Assembly (NCBI GenBank): GCA_963720545.1 | Contig: OY970399.1 | Location: 1,984,001 to 2,048,000, forward strand | Direction: 5' to 3' | Source of the DNA: an uncultured Acidobacteriota bacterium | GTDB lineage: Bacteria; Acidobacteriota; Vicinamibacteria; Fen-336 | DNA: 64,000 nucleotides | Shown: piece by piece, positions 1-9,338 of the stretch | How the letters are laid out: each line of letters starts with the position of its first letter | How positions within the stretch are numbered: position 1 is the stretch's first letter | Notes under the pieces: model-generated | Database searches by the model: none | What the model saw: the letters and a program-made list of their open reading frames with translations, nothing else | Told to the model about the DNA's origin: nothing | Program-made: the position numbers and the translations under genes

Positions 1-2451
1 GGATGGTGGAGACCACGTGGGTCTCGATCAGGTGGCGGCCGCTGCGGCGATCCTGCAGCGCGGCAAAGGGTACGGTCCCAATCAGCCGATCGGGAACGAT
101 GATCAGGTTCGCGTCGTCGTCGAACAACTGCCGCTCCGGAAGGAGCAACCGCGAAAGCGCTGCCAGGGCATGGCGGATCGGTGGCGCTCGAATCGGCCGC
201 GATGAGCGGAGCGTTGGTTCGGATCGCCTCCATCACGTCGGTTTCAGGCACGTCGCGAACTACCAGTTCGACCCGATGCCTGGAGATGACCCAGGTCAGC
301 AGCCGGGCGGGAAGGGACGCATAGTAAAGGACAGCGGTTCCCTCCGGCAGCATGCTCCTGGAACTCGTCGAGACCCGTCACATGCAGGTGGCGGTGTCGA
401 TACAGGGTGGCCTGCGACCTGCTTCGTTCGGCGACGGCGAACGCCGCCTTGCCGCCTTCCGGTTCGCGGCTGTAGCTGTCGATGAGCGCACCGTAGAGGT
501 CTGCCGCGGTATCGACGAGGTACGCCCTGGAGTCATCGGCTTGCAGAGCGGCCAGCTGTTTTTCAACGCTCGCGATTCCCAGCACGAGTTGCCCGCGGGA
601 CCGCGCAGGCAGCGCGGCTCGATCCAGGGCCCGCGCTGCCATGAGGTGGGTCGCAGGAACTTGTTCGGGTGAGCGCAGCGCAAAGAGCCGCAGCGCCTCG
701 TCGAGAAGTGCCGCCGACTTCATGGGGGCTGTCTCGATCAGCGACTCGGCGCGGGTCCGCAGCACCCAGGGGGCGACAAATTCCTGCAAGGCAATGGACT
801 CGATGTTCCGTGACACGCCTTCGGCTTCGTCGAGATCCCTTTGTGCCTCGACGTGATCGCCGAGGCGCGAGCGCAGCGACGACCTCACGACCAGGCTTTC
901 GACGATCGTCGCGGCCGCGCCGCGCCGGCGGGCCTCGGAAACGGCTGCGTCCTGGAACAACAAGGCGCAGCGCACCAGGCCTTCGTCGGCCGCGTACTCG
1001 GCAATGTTTCGCAGCACGGTGAGGCGCCGGCGCCGGGTCAGCACCGAGGACAGGTTGTGGACCACCGCGTCGAGGCGCAGCCAGCCGTCGGCGCGGTTTC
1101 CCAACTCCCGCATCACCGCAGCCGTTGCGCTCAGAGCCGCCACGCGCTGCTCGGTTTCGCCGGTTTGCCCGAACACGACCGCGGCGCGTTGCAAGCTGCC
1201 GAGGCCCGCATCGGTGCGGCCCACCTGTCCAAGAGCGAGCCCCTGGAGCGCCAGTGCGCGGCCAAGGACCGAAGCGTAGCCGGCGCTTTCGGCATCGCGG
1301 CAAACCGCGGAGGCGCGCCGCAGGGAGCCGCGATAGTCGCCGGTCTGGTACTGGGCCACGGCCAGCTGGACGGCGGCGCGGAACCGGAACGGACTGCGCC
1401 CTTGGCGAAGTGCCGCCTCCGCGATGCGGAACTGCTCCTGAGCCAGCTCGAGTTTCGTTTCCTCGAGAAGGGTTACACCATTGGCGAAGGCGACCAGGCC
1501 GCGAGCCACGATCCGGCGCGACGGGGCGGCACTCGCGTCGAGCTGACGAACCGTGTCCGAAAGCAGCGGGTCGTGGGACGAACGGGCGATCATTCCCGCC
1601 AGGCGCTCGATGCGCGTGAGCATCGCCTCGGCGCGGCGATCGCCGGCAAGCATCGCGGTGCCCCAAAGCCCCAACAGGCGTTCCTCCATCAGGTGCTGCA
1701 AGGGCTCGGCGTTGCGGTTGACCAACTGCTGCGTCTGCGGCGCCAACTCCAACGTGCCAGCGAGCAGAGATGACTCCAGTGATTCCCACTCGCCGAGGGC
1801 GGACGTCGCGCGGTCGGACCTCGTCACCAGTTCGGCACGCCAGGCTCGATCGCCTTCGATGGCGAGCGCGTCCCGGTTCGCGCGCGCGGCCTCGTCGAAC
1901 AGCCCGAGGCGAGCAACGATGATCCCGAGATTGAAGGCCGCAGGCCGATGGCCAGGGTCGAGCTCGAGGGCTGTCAGCACCGCCTCCAGCGCGCGACACA
2001 GGGCCAGCGGTTCGTTCCTGCCGCCCGCAGTGGCCGCTTCGAACCAGGCGACTCCCAGGTCGTTCTGCACGTCGGCGTTGGCTGAAGTCGTTGCCGCGTC
2101 GAGATGAGACAGACGTGTGGCGGCAATGCCCGCGTCTCCCAGGAGCAACTCGAGCAAGGCTGCGTTCCCTGCTTCCGTTGGTTGCGAAGAGCCTGGCTCT
2201 CTTGCAACGAATGCCTGAATGGCGCCAAGCGTCGACGCGGAAAATATCTCCGCGCCGCGCGTGCCGTCGAACGGCCGGTAGCTGGCGCCCGACAGCCGCA
2301 GTTCAAACGGTCGGCGGTCCGCTCCCTCCAGAAAGACGCCGACGGCGGACTGCGTGCTGCTCCGACCGATCCGAACGCCCCCCGCGGAGTGAATCGTCGC
2401 AACCGCAAGCGCGGTCCCGGCCATCCAACGTCGCCGGGAGCGGGAAAGCAT
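1..2451 (-). CDS. TPR + CHAT (caspase-like) domain protein; runs off the left edge; two +1 frameshifts (~355, ~179)
   Basis: ORF 244..2469 has an N-terminal hydrophobic segment and TPR-like helices. Shifted frames continue MLPEGTAVLYYASLPARLLTWVIS and LIIVPDRLIGTVPFAALQDRRSGRHLIE, typical CHAT N-terminal motifs. The catalytic His/Cys would lie outside the window. Start uncertain. Confidence 0.8.
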
Positions 2452-2673
2452 GAGCCGGAGGCTACCCAAGTTGGGAGGCGAAGGGCGTCCTGCTTCTTCG
2501 AATCGATCGTGCCGGCCCGGAAAAGAGGCGGCGGCTGTCCGTCTGTTATTTCAAAGGGATGGAAGCCCTCCCCAGGGGCGCGGTCACAGGAACCACGCTG
2601 GGCGCCATCCTCGTGTCGACTTCACCCCCGCGATTGGGTAAGAATTCCCCACCGTCGGGGGGCGCTACATCGC

Positions 2674-3533
2674 GTGAATCGGCCGTTCGCTCCGGAGACT
2701 TCTCGCCCTGGTCTCGAGCAGTTGTTCGTCGCTTCGCTCCCCGACGTCGAGGATGCCATTCGGCTGGTTGCCGGCCGCTGGCGCCTCGGCACCTCGGAAC
2801 AGGAGGACTTTGGTTCCGAGGTCAAGCTGGCACTCATCGAGGACGGCTACGACGCGCTGGCGCGCTTCGAGGGCCGTAGTTCGCTCAAGACCTACCTGGT
2901 GGTGGTGATTGAGCGCCTCTACCTCGACCGCTGCCGCAGGTTGTCCGGCCGCTGGCGGCCGTCGGCCGAAGCCGCGCGCCTCGGAGCCGCGGCGGTGATG
3001 CTCGAAACGCTGATTCACCGCGATCATCTGCCGCTTTCTGACGCGATCGAACAAGTGCGGCGCGAGCGCGGCGCGGAAACGGATGACGATGCGCTCTACA
3101 CGCTCGCGAGCCGGCTGCCGCCGCGCCAGCCGCGCGCCACCGAGACGCCGACGCCGCCCGCTGGTTTCGAACCGCGCGCGCCCGAGAGCGACTCGCCGGT
3201 CGCGAGCCTGCAGGGACGGGAGACGATCGCCCGCTGCCAGGCCGCGATCGCGGCGACCATGGCCGGTTTCGCGCCGATGGACCACCTCATCCTCCGGCTG
3301 CGCTTCGAAGACGACGTCTCGGTTGCCGACATCGCGCGCCTGCACGCTCTCGACCAGAAGGCGCTCTACCGGCGCCTCGACAAGATGATGGACGAGCTGC
3401 GCGCCGGCCTGGAACGGCACGGCGTGTCCTGGGCCGAGGTGAAGATCATGATCGAGCGCGGCCAGTGCCATCTGCGCCTGCCGGTGCGGAGGCGGACGGC
3501 GCGCACCGTGCACCACGGCTGGCGGCATCATGA
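2674..3533 (+). CDS. ECF-type sigma-70 factor (probable -1 indel near 3485)
   Basis: Region 2 (EQEDFGSEVKLALIEDGYDALARFEGRSSLKTYL) and region 4 (DHLILRLRFEDDVSVADIARL...LYRRL). GTG at 2674. As read the ORF ends at 3600, but a one-base shift gives TGA 3531-3533 overlapping the next ATG (ATGA). Confidence 0.8.
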
Positions 3534-4369
3534 GCTGCCCCCAGGCCGAAGTGCTGGCGACGTTCATCGAGGGCCGCCTCGCCGGCGCCGAACGCAATGA
3601 AACGGCCGCGCACGTTGCAAGCTGCGAGGATTGTTACGGCATCGTGCGGCGCTCGCTGCAGGAGCCGGAGGCTCGCCCGGCGCGCCGCGCCACGGAGAGC
3701 ACACCCGCCACGCGCTGGCTGTTGCCGGTCGCGGCAACGGTCGCACTCGCACTCGGCGGCTGGCAGCTCTTCGTCGCGTGGGAAGAACCGGAAACACCGC
3801 TCGACGGACTGGTGGCGGCGGTTGGCGAGCGGCGGCTGATCGAGCCGCGCCTGTCCGGCGGGTTCCGCTTTGGTCCGCTGGTGGCGGCGACGCGCGGCGG
3901 CGGTGGGCCGAACGGCTCCGACCTGAGCCTGCTCGCGGCCGCTGCGCGAGCGCAGGCTGCCGCCCACGCCGAACCGAGCGCGGCAAACCGGCGTGCCCTG
4001 GCCGCGGCGCAATTGCTGAAGGGCGACGTGGACGCTGCAGTCGCGGGCCTTGAAGCGCTCGTGAGGGAAGTGCCCGCCGACACTGCGGCAAGGAACGACC
4101 TGGCCGCGGCCTGGCTCGTGCACGGCCGCCAGCGTGGCAACGAGGCGAGCTATCGCGCCGCGCTCGACGCAGCGAACGCTGTTCTCGCCGCCGATCCAAA
4201 ATCGGCAGAGGCTCTCTTCAACAGGGCGCTGGCGCTCGAAGCCCTCGGCGACCGCGCCGCTGCCGCCGCGGCGTGGTCGGCCGTCACCGCCGACACCTCA
4301 CAGGAGCCAGGCTGGGCGGCGGTCGCCCGCGAACACGCCGCCGACCAGGGCGCGTCGTCGAACCCGTAA
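3530..4369 (+). CDS. zf-HC2 (ZAS) anti-sigma factor with TM helix and C-terminal TPR domain
   Basis: CPQAEVLATFIEGRL...HVASCEDC (HxxxCxxC), TM helix WLLPVAATVALALGGWQLFV, TPR ARNDLAAAWL...EALFNRALALEALG. Confidence 0.85.
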   Translation: MSCPQAEVLATFIEGRLAGAERNETAAHVASCEDCYGIVRRSLQEPEARPARRATESTPATRWLLPVAATVALALGGWQLFVAWEEPETPLDGLVAAVGERRLIEPRLSGGFRFGPLVAATRGGGGPNGSDLSLLAAAARAQAAAHAEPSAANRRALAAAQLLKGDVDAAVAGLEALVREVPADTAARNDLAAAWLVHGRQRGNEASYRAALDAANAVLAADPKSAEALFNRALALEALGDRAAAAAAWSAVTADTSQEPGWAAVAREHAADQGASSNP

Positions 4370-4422
4370 ACGGTCCGGCGACCGGCGAGGCGTTACACTG
4401 CGCTTAGCAAGGAGAGCCGATC

Positions 4423-4692
4423 GTGGTGCGGGCGTTCTTCGAAATCCTGTTGATCCTGTTCGTGGTGCGCCTGGTGCTGCGGTTCATCGTGCCTATGTGG
4501 CGCGCCATGAGTTCGGCGCCGCCCGAGCCGCGCGGCGGCGCCGCGGCCACCGACCTGGTGTTCGACGCGATCTGCAACACCCACGTCCCGCGCAGCATGG
4601 CTTTGCGGGCGACCGTCGATGGCCGCGACGCCTACTTCTGTTCGCCCGAATGCCGCGCCAAGGCGAACGCCAGGCTCAGTCCGGTTTCGTGA
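4423..4692 (+). CDS. Small membrane-anchored YHS/TRASH-like protein
   Basis: N-terminal TM helix; DAICNTHVP...YFCSPEC motif; AAGGAG RBS. Confidence 0.7.
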   Translation: MVRAFFEILLILFVVRLVLRFIVPMWRAMSSAPPEPRGGAAATDLVFDAICNTHVPRSMALRATVDGRDAYFCSPECRAKANARLSPVS

Positions 4693-4750
4693 CCCTTGAC
4701 TACGAAGCCTCTAACGCGCGAGAGTTTGCACGACAATGGAGGCTATGACC

Positions 4751-5035
4751 ATGGGTGAAGCGCTGGGAATGGTGGAAACGAGGGGCCTCGTTGGGCTGAT
4801 CGAGGCGTCCGACGCCATGGTCAAGGCGGCGAAAGTCACCCTGGTGGGCTACGAGAAGATCGGCTCCGGCTACGTGACCGCCCTGGTGCGCGGCGACGTC
4901 GCCGCCGTCAAGGCCGCGACCGACGCAGGAGCCGCTGCCGCGCGCCGGGTTGGCGAACTGGTCTCGGTGCACGTCATTCCGCGTCCGCACTCGAACCTCG
5001 AGGACATCTTCCCGATCGGCAAGCAGGGCAAGTAG
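4751..5035 (+). CDS. BMC-H hexameric microcompartment shell protein (EutM/PduA/CcmK family)
   Basis: [24 protein letters not shown]...[10 protein letters not shown]...[16 protein letters not shown]. Confidence 0.95.
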   Translation: MGEALGMVETRGLVGLIEASDAMVKAAKVTLVGYEKIGSGYVTALVRGDVAAVKAATDAGAAAARRVGELVSVHVIPRPHSNLEDIFPIGKQGK

Positions 5036-5054
5036 TCGGAAGAGCGAGCCGGCC

Positions 5055-5321
5055 ATGATCCTGGCGCGAGTCGTCGGCACGGTTGTCGCCACGCGCAAGG
5101 ACGAGAAGCTCGTCGGCGCGAAGCTGCTGGTGGTGCGTCCGGTGGATGCCGCGGGCAAGCTCGAGGGCAGCTACATCGTCGCGGTGGACACGGTGAACGC
5201 CGGCCGCGGCGACAACGTCCTCATCGTCTCCGGCTCGTCGGCGCGCATGGCTGCCGGGCAGAAGGACGCCCCGGTCGACGCGTCCATCATCGGCGTCGTC
5301 GACCAGGTGGACGTCTCCTGA
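5055..5321 (+). CDS. BMC-P pentameric vertex protein (EutN/CcmL family) 1
   Basis: MILARVVGTVVATRKDEKL...VAVDTVNAGRGD...GSSAR...PVDASIIGVVD. Confidence 0.95.
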   Translation: MILARVVGTVVATRKDEKLVGAKLLVVRPVDAAGKLEGSYIVAVDTVNAGRGDNVLIVSGSSARMAAGQKDAPVDASIIGVVDQVDVS

Positions 5322-5581
5322 TGCTGCTTGCCCGCGTCACCGGCACCGTCGTCGCCAGCCACAAGGACCCGAACCTCGAGGGCACGCGGATGCTGCTCAT
5401 CCAGCCGCTCGGCGCCGACCGCAAACCCGTGGGCCGGCAGGTGGTGGCGCTCGACGCCATCGGCGCCGGCGCAGCGGAGGAAGTCTTCTACGTGCGCGGG
5501 CGCGAGGCAGCTTTGCCGTTCCTGCCGCGCGAGGTGCCGTCCGACGCCACCGTAATCGGCATCGTCGACCCGGTGAAGTAG
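5321..5581 (+). CDS. BMC-P (EutN/CcmL family) 2
   Basis: MLLARVTGTVVASHKD...VALDAIGAGAAE...GREA...PSDATVIGIVD. Confidence 0.93.
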   Translation: MLLARVTGTVVASHKDPNLEGTRMLLIQPLGADRKPVGRQVVALDAIGAGAAEEVFYVRGREAALPFLPREVPSDATVIGIVDPVK

Positions 5582-5587
5582 CGCGCG

Positions 5588-5875
5588 ATGCTGATCGGCC
5601 GGGTGGTCGGCGAAGTGGTCGCGACGCAGAAGAACCCGAAGCTCGAGGGCACCAAGCTGCTGCTGGTGCAGCCGCTCTCCCTGGAGGGCGAGGCGCGCGG
5701 CGCAGCGGTGATGGCGGTCGACACCGTCGACGCCGGAACCGGCGACCGGGTGCTCCTCGTCCAGGACGGCAAGGCCGCGCAGCAGGCGCTCGGCCGCGGC
5801 GCGGCAGCCGTCGATGCGGCGATCGTCGGCGTGGTGGACGAGGTACAGTTGGAGGATCCTGGCGATGGATCCTGA
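5588..5875 (+). CDS. BMC-P (EutN/CcmL family) 3
   Basis: MLIGRVVGEVVATQK...AVDTVDAGTGDRVL...VDAAIVGVVD. Confidence 0.93.
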   Translation: MLIGRVVGEVVATQKNPKLEGTKLLLVQPLSLEGEARGAAVMAVDTVDAGTGDRVLLVQDGKAAQQALGRGAAAVDAAIVGVVDEVQLEDPGDGS

Positions 5876-6161
5876 GCGCATCCAGAAACTGACCGAAGAA
5901 GTGCTCGCACAGCTCGGCGCCGGTGCCAGCGCCGGCGAGAACCAGCACCCGCCCGATCTCGAGGCACGGGTGAGCGCGCTCGAACGCGCGGTGCTCGGCA
6001 AGTCGGCCGCTGCGGCCGAAGCACCGGCCCAACCCGCGGCGGTACAGCATCCGAGCCACTACGTCCTGCGCGTCGTCGGCGGTGTCGTGGGCGAACCCTG
6101 CATCCTCGAGCCCGACCAGCCCTGCACCCACAGCCGCCGCTGCCAGTCTCTCGGCTACTAG
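5865..6161 (+). CDS. BMC-associated small protein: encapsulation-peptide-like N-terminus, C-terminal Cys/His cluster
   Basis: GGAGG RBS; overlaps BMC-P3; MDPERIQKLTEEVLAQL; HPSH...CILEPDQPCTHSRRCQSLGY. Confidence 0.75.
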   Translation: MDPERIQKLTEEVLAQLGAGASAGENQHPPDLEARVSALERAVLGKSAAAAEAPAQPAAVQHPSHYVLRVVGGVVGEPCILEPDQPCTHSRRCQSLGY

Positions 6162-6202
6162 CGGTCCGGGGCTGGCAGCCCTGCCTCGTACAATCGCCGG
6201 CG

Positions 6203-7363
6203 ATGGAGCCGCGGGTCATCCTTCACGTGGACATGGACGCGTTCTACGCGGCGGTCGAACAGCGCGACCGTCCCGAGCTGCGCGGCAAGCCAGTCGTCAT
6301 CGGCGCCGATCCGCAGGGCGGCAGGGGCCGCGGAGTGGTGGCAACCGCATCCTACGAAGCGCGCAAGTTCGGCATCGGCAGCGCCCAACCCATCTCGCAG
6401 GCCTGGAAGAGGTGTCCGCACGCGGTGTTCCTCCCGCCCGACATGGAAAAGTACCTGGCCGCGTCGCGGCAGGTCATGCAGGTGCTGCGCGCCTTCACCG
6501 ACCTGGTCGAGCCCATCTCCATCGACGAGGCCTTCCTGGACGTGACCGGCCGGCGGCGCGCGCTGGGCGACGGCGAAACCATTGCGGCGAGCCTGAAGCA
6601 GGCGGTGTTCGCGAAAACCGGGCTGACGGCTTCGGTTGGCGTCGCCACCAGCAAGCTCGTCGCGAAGACCGCATCCGACATGCGCAAGCCAGACGGCCTG
6701 GTCGTTGTGCCGCCCGGCACCGAGGCCGCTTTCCTGGCGCCGCTGCCGGTGCGGCGGCTATGGGGCGTGGGCCCGAAGATGGAAGAGCGGCTGATCCGCG
6801 CCGGCATCCACACCATCGGCCAGCTCGCCGCCTGCGGCGCCGAGAAGCTCGCACGCCGCTTCGGCACGCACGGCCACGACCTCATCGCGCTGGCGCGCGG
6901 GCTCGACGAGCGGCCGGTCAGCGCCGCCCCTGGCGAAGCGCGCAGCGTGGGCGCCGAGCACACCTACGATGAAGACACGGCCGACCTCGGGCGGCTGCGG
7001 CAAACGCTGCTGCGCCTGGCCGACACGGTGGCGGCGCGGCTGCGCGACAGCGAGCTGCGGGCCCGCACCGTCACCCTCAAGTACCGCGACGAGACGTTTC
7101 GCACCGTGACGCGCGCGCACACCCTGGGGGAACCCACCGACACCGCGATAGCGCTGTTCGCGGCGGCATGGTCGGCTCTGCAGTCGGTGCACGGCAGGAA
7201 GAAGGTGCGGCTCGTCGGCATCTATACGTCGGGATTCGCGGTCGGCCAGCTGTCGCTGTTCGCGGCGCAGACCGATCCGCTCGACAAGGTGCGCGACGAA
7301 CTGACCCGCAAGCTCGGCCCGCAGGCGCTGGTTCGGGCCAGCTTGCTGCGCAGCCGGAAATAG
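6203..7363 (+). CDS. dinB: DNA polymerase IV (Y family)
   Basis: ILHVDMDAFYAAVEQ, ASYEARKFGI, SIDEAFLD, KPDG motifs. Confidence 0.95.
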   Translation: MEPRVILHVDMDAFYAAVEQRDRPELRGKPVVIGADPQGGRGRGVVATASYEARKFGIGSAQPISQAWKRCPHAVFLPPDMEKYLAASRQVMQVLRAFTDLVEPISIDEAFLDVTGRRRALGDGETIAASLKQAVFAKTGLTASVGVATSKLVAKTASDMRKPDGLVVVPPGTEAAFLAPLPVRRLWGVGPKMEERLIRAGIHTIGQLAACGAEKLARRFGTHGHDLIALARGLDERPVSAAPGEARSVGAEHTYDEDTADLGRLRQTLLRLADTVAARLRDSELRARTVTLKYRDETFRTVTRAHTLGEPTDTAIALFAAAWSALQSVHGRKKVRLVGIYTSGFAVGQLSLFAAQTDPLDKVRDELTRKLGPQALVRASLLRSRK

Positions 7364-7372
7364 CGCTACCCG

Positions 7373-8059
7373 TCAGCCGCTGGTTCGCTTCGGCTGCTTC
7401 GACGGCTTCGGCTTCCTCGCCTTCTTCGGCTGGTTGTCGATGCTCTGCCACAAGTACCAGGACGCGATGGTCCGGTAAGGGCTCCACGAGCGCGATTGCT
7501 TGTGCATCCAGTCGGGCTTCGGCAGCGCACGCTTGCGCCAGGCAAGCTGCATGGCCTTGCGGATGCCGAGGTCGCTCACCGGCAGGATGTCGAGCCGCTG
7601 CAGCCGGAACATCAGGAACACCTGCGCCGTCCAGCGGCCCACGCCCTTGACGGCGGTCAGCGCCTCGATCACCTCGTCGTCGCTCATGCGCGACAGGCGG
7701 CGGCGGTCGAGCGTCGTCTCCGCGTGCTCGGCGAGGCTGCGAATATAGGCGGCCTTCTGCCGCGACAGGCCCACGGCGCGCAATGCCTGGTCGCTCGACG
7801 CGAGAATCGGCGCCGGGGCCAGGGCGCCGCCGCACAGCGCCTCGAGCCGGCGCAGGATGGCCGCGGCCGCAAAACCGGAAATCTGCTGATAGACGATCGC
7901 GGACGCGAGCGCGGCGAACGGCGCGGTCTTGCCGTCGTTCGCGTAGCGGCATGGGCCGACGCCTGCGATGAGCCGCGCCAGCACCGGATCGGCGGCGCGC
8001 AGGTGGCGCACCGCGGCGAGGAGGCTCGGTTTCGCCTGCGCCTTCCTTTTCTTACGCAA
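7373..8059 (-). CDS. alkA: DNA-3-methyladenine glycosylase II (AlkA/HhH-GPD family)
   Basis: IVYQQIS, LRAVGLSRQK, LTAVKGVGRWTA, DILPVSDLGIRK, WSPYRT; start estimated at TTG 8059. Confidence 0.85.
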   Translation of the reverse strand: MRKKRKAQAKPSLLAAVRHLRAADPVLARLIAGVGPCRYANDGKTAPFAALASAIVYQQISGFAAAAILRRLEALCGGALAPAPILASSDQALRAVGLSRQKAAYIRSLAEHAETTLDRRRLSRMSDDEVIEALTAVKGVGRWTAQVFLMFRLQRLDILPVSDLGIRKAMQLAWRKRALPKPDWMHKQSRSWSPYRTIASWYLWQSIDNQPKKARKPKPSKQPKRTSG

Positions 8060-8061
8060 CG

Positions 8062-9240
8062 TCAGGCCAGGAGCAGGACGTCCCGCTGGATGTCGCCGGT
8101 GATCTCGGCGAAGCCATCGCCGACGTACATGTCGATCTCGCTGCGGACGCCGAAATCCTTCAGGTAGACGCCGGGCTCGATCGAGAAGCACACGCCGGGA
8201 ACCAGCGAGCGCTCGTCGCGCGTCTCGAGGTTGTCGATGTTGACGCCGTTGCCGTGCACCTCGTAGCCGATCGAATGCCCGGTGCGGTGCAGGAAGTTGT
8301 CGCCGAAGCCGCACGCCTCGATGAAGCGCCGCGCCACGTCGTCGACGTCGGCGCCGCGCACCCTGCGCCGCGCCGCGGCTGCATCCTTGACGAAGGCGAC
8401 CGCGGCATCGCGCGCGCCGCTCACCGCCTGCCATACCTCCTCGATCCGCTCCGGGACCTGCGGTCCGCAATAGCCCATCCAGGTGGCATCGTAGTAGACC
8501 GCGCGCTCGTCGCCCGCGACCTTCGCCCAGAAGTCGATGAGCACCAGGTCGCCCTTCTTGATGACGCGATCGCCCGGCCCCGGGCCGGTCTCAAAATGCG
8601 GATCGGAGGCGTGTTCGTTGACGGCGACGATCACCGGATGGTCGGCGAAGAGGCCCTGCTCTGCGAAGCGGCGGCCCATGAACGCCTGCACTTCGCTTTC
8701 GCGCAGCTCGCGCCCGGCGGCGAGCGCATCGCGAATGAGCGCGAACGCCTCGTCCTTGGCGCGGGTGCAGCCTTCTGCGGCGCGGGCGTGCAGCTGCCGC
8801 TGTTCCGTAGTCCAGCGCGACTCGAATTCCTGCACCAGGTCGGCCGAGGTGACGACCTCGGGGCCGAGGCTGCGAATGAGCTCGACGGTGCCCGCGTCGA
8901 CGCGCGCCACGTAGGGCACGGCCGCCATCGGCGAGTACTCCATCGCCACCTTCGCCATGCCCTTGAGGTGCTGGCGCAAGCCGTCCTCGAGGTCGCGCCA
9001 CGAGCGGTAGATGACCAGGACGCCCGGACAGCCCTTGAGCGCCGCCGGCTCGATCGCGTGGCAGAACTTCACCGGCTCACCCTGCGCCTTCACCAGGTAG
9101 AACCAACGCCGGGTGGCGATCGTCTTCGAGTCGAAGCCGACGACGGCGCGCGCCACGGGATTGCTGCCGCGAAAGTCGTAGAGCAGCCAGCCGTCGATCG
9201 CCGCGGCCGAAAGCGCGGCCTTGATGCCCTCGATGTCCAT
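8062..9240 (-). CDS. M24 family Xaa-Pro aminopeptidase
   Basis: LIDFWAK, YYDATW, HRTGHSIG..VHGNG, FSIEPGVY, GVRSEID; AGGAG RBS. Confidence 0.9.
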   Translation of the reverse strand: MDIEGIKAALSAAAIDGWLLYDFRGSNPVARAVVGFDSKTIATRRWFYLVKAQGEPVKFCHAIEPAALKGCPGVLVIYRSWRDLEDGLRQHLKGMAKVAMEYSPMAAVPYVARVDAGTVELIRSLGPEVVTSADLVQEFESRWTTEQRQLHARAAEGCTRAKDEAFALIRDALAAGRELRESEVQAFMGRRFAEQGLFADHPVIVAVNEHASDPHFETGPGPGDRVIKKGDLVLIDFWAKVAGDERAVYYDATWMGYCGPQVPERIEEVWQAVSGARDAAVAFVKDAAAARRRVRGADVDDVARRFIEACGFGDNFLHRTGHSIGYEVHGNGVNIDNLETRDERSLVPGVCFSIEPGVYLKDFGVRSEIDMYVGDGFAEITGDIQRDVLLLA

Positions 9241-9338
9241 GGAAGACGCTCCTTGCGGGGTGCTGATTATACTTTCGCCGGCGCACGACCCAGGCGACAC
9301 CACCGGAACTTCGATACTTCGAACAGGGAGAGCCAAGG

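Noticed and set aside
3534..3600. C-terminal extension of the ECF sigma overlapping the anti-sigma
   Set aside because: A single-base correction near 3485 restores a normal ATGA coupling
4751..7363. Functional link between the BMC shell and DinB
   Set aside because: dinB has its own TACAAT -10 and no encapsulation-like extension; adjacency alone is not evidence
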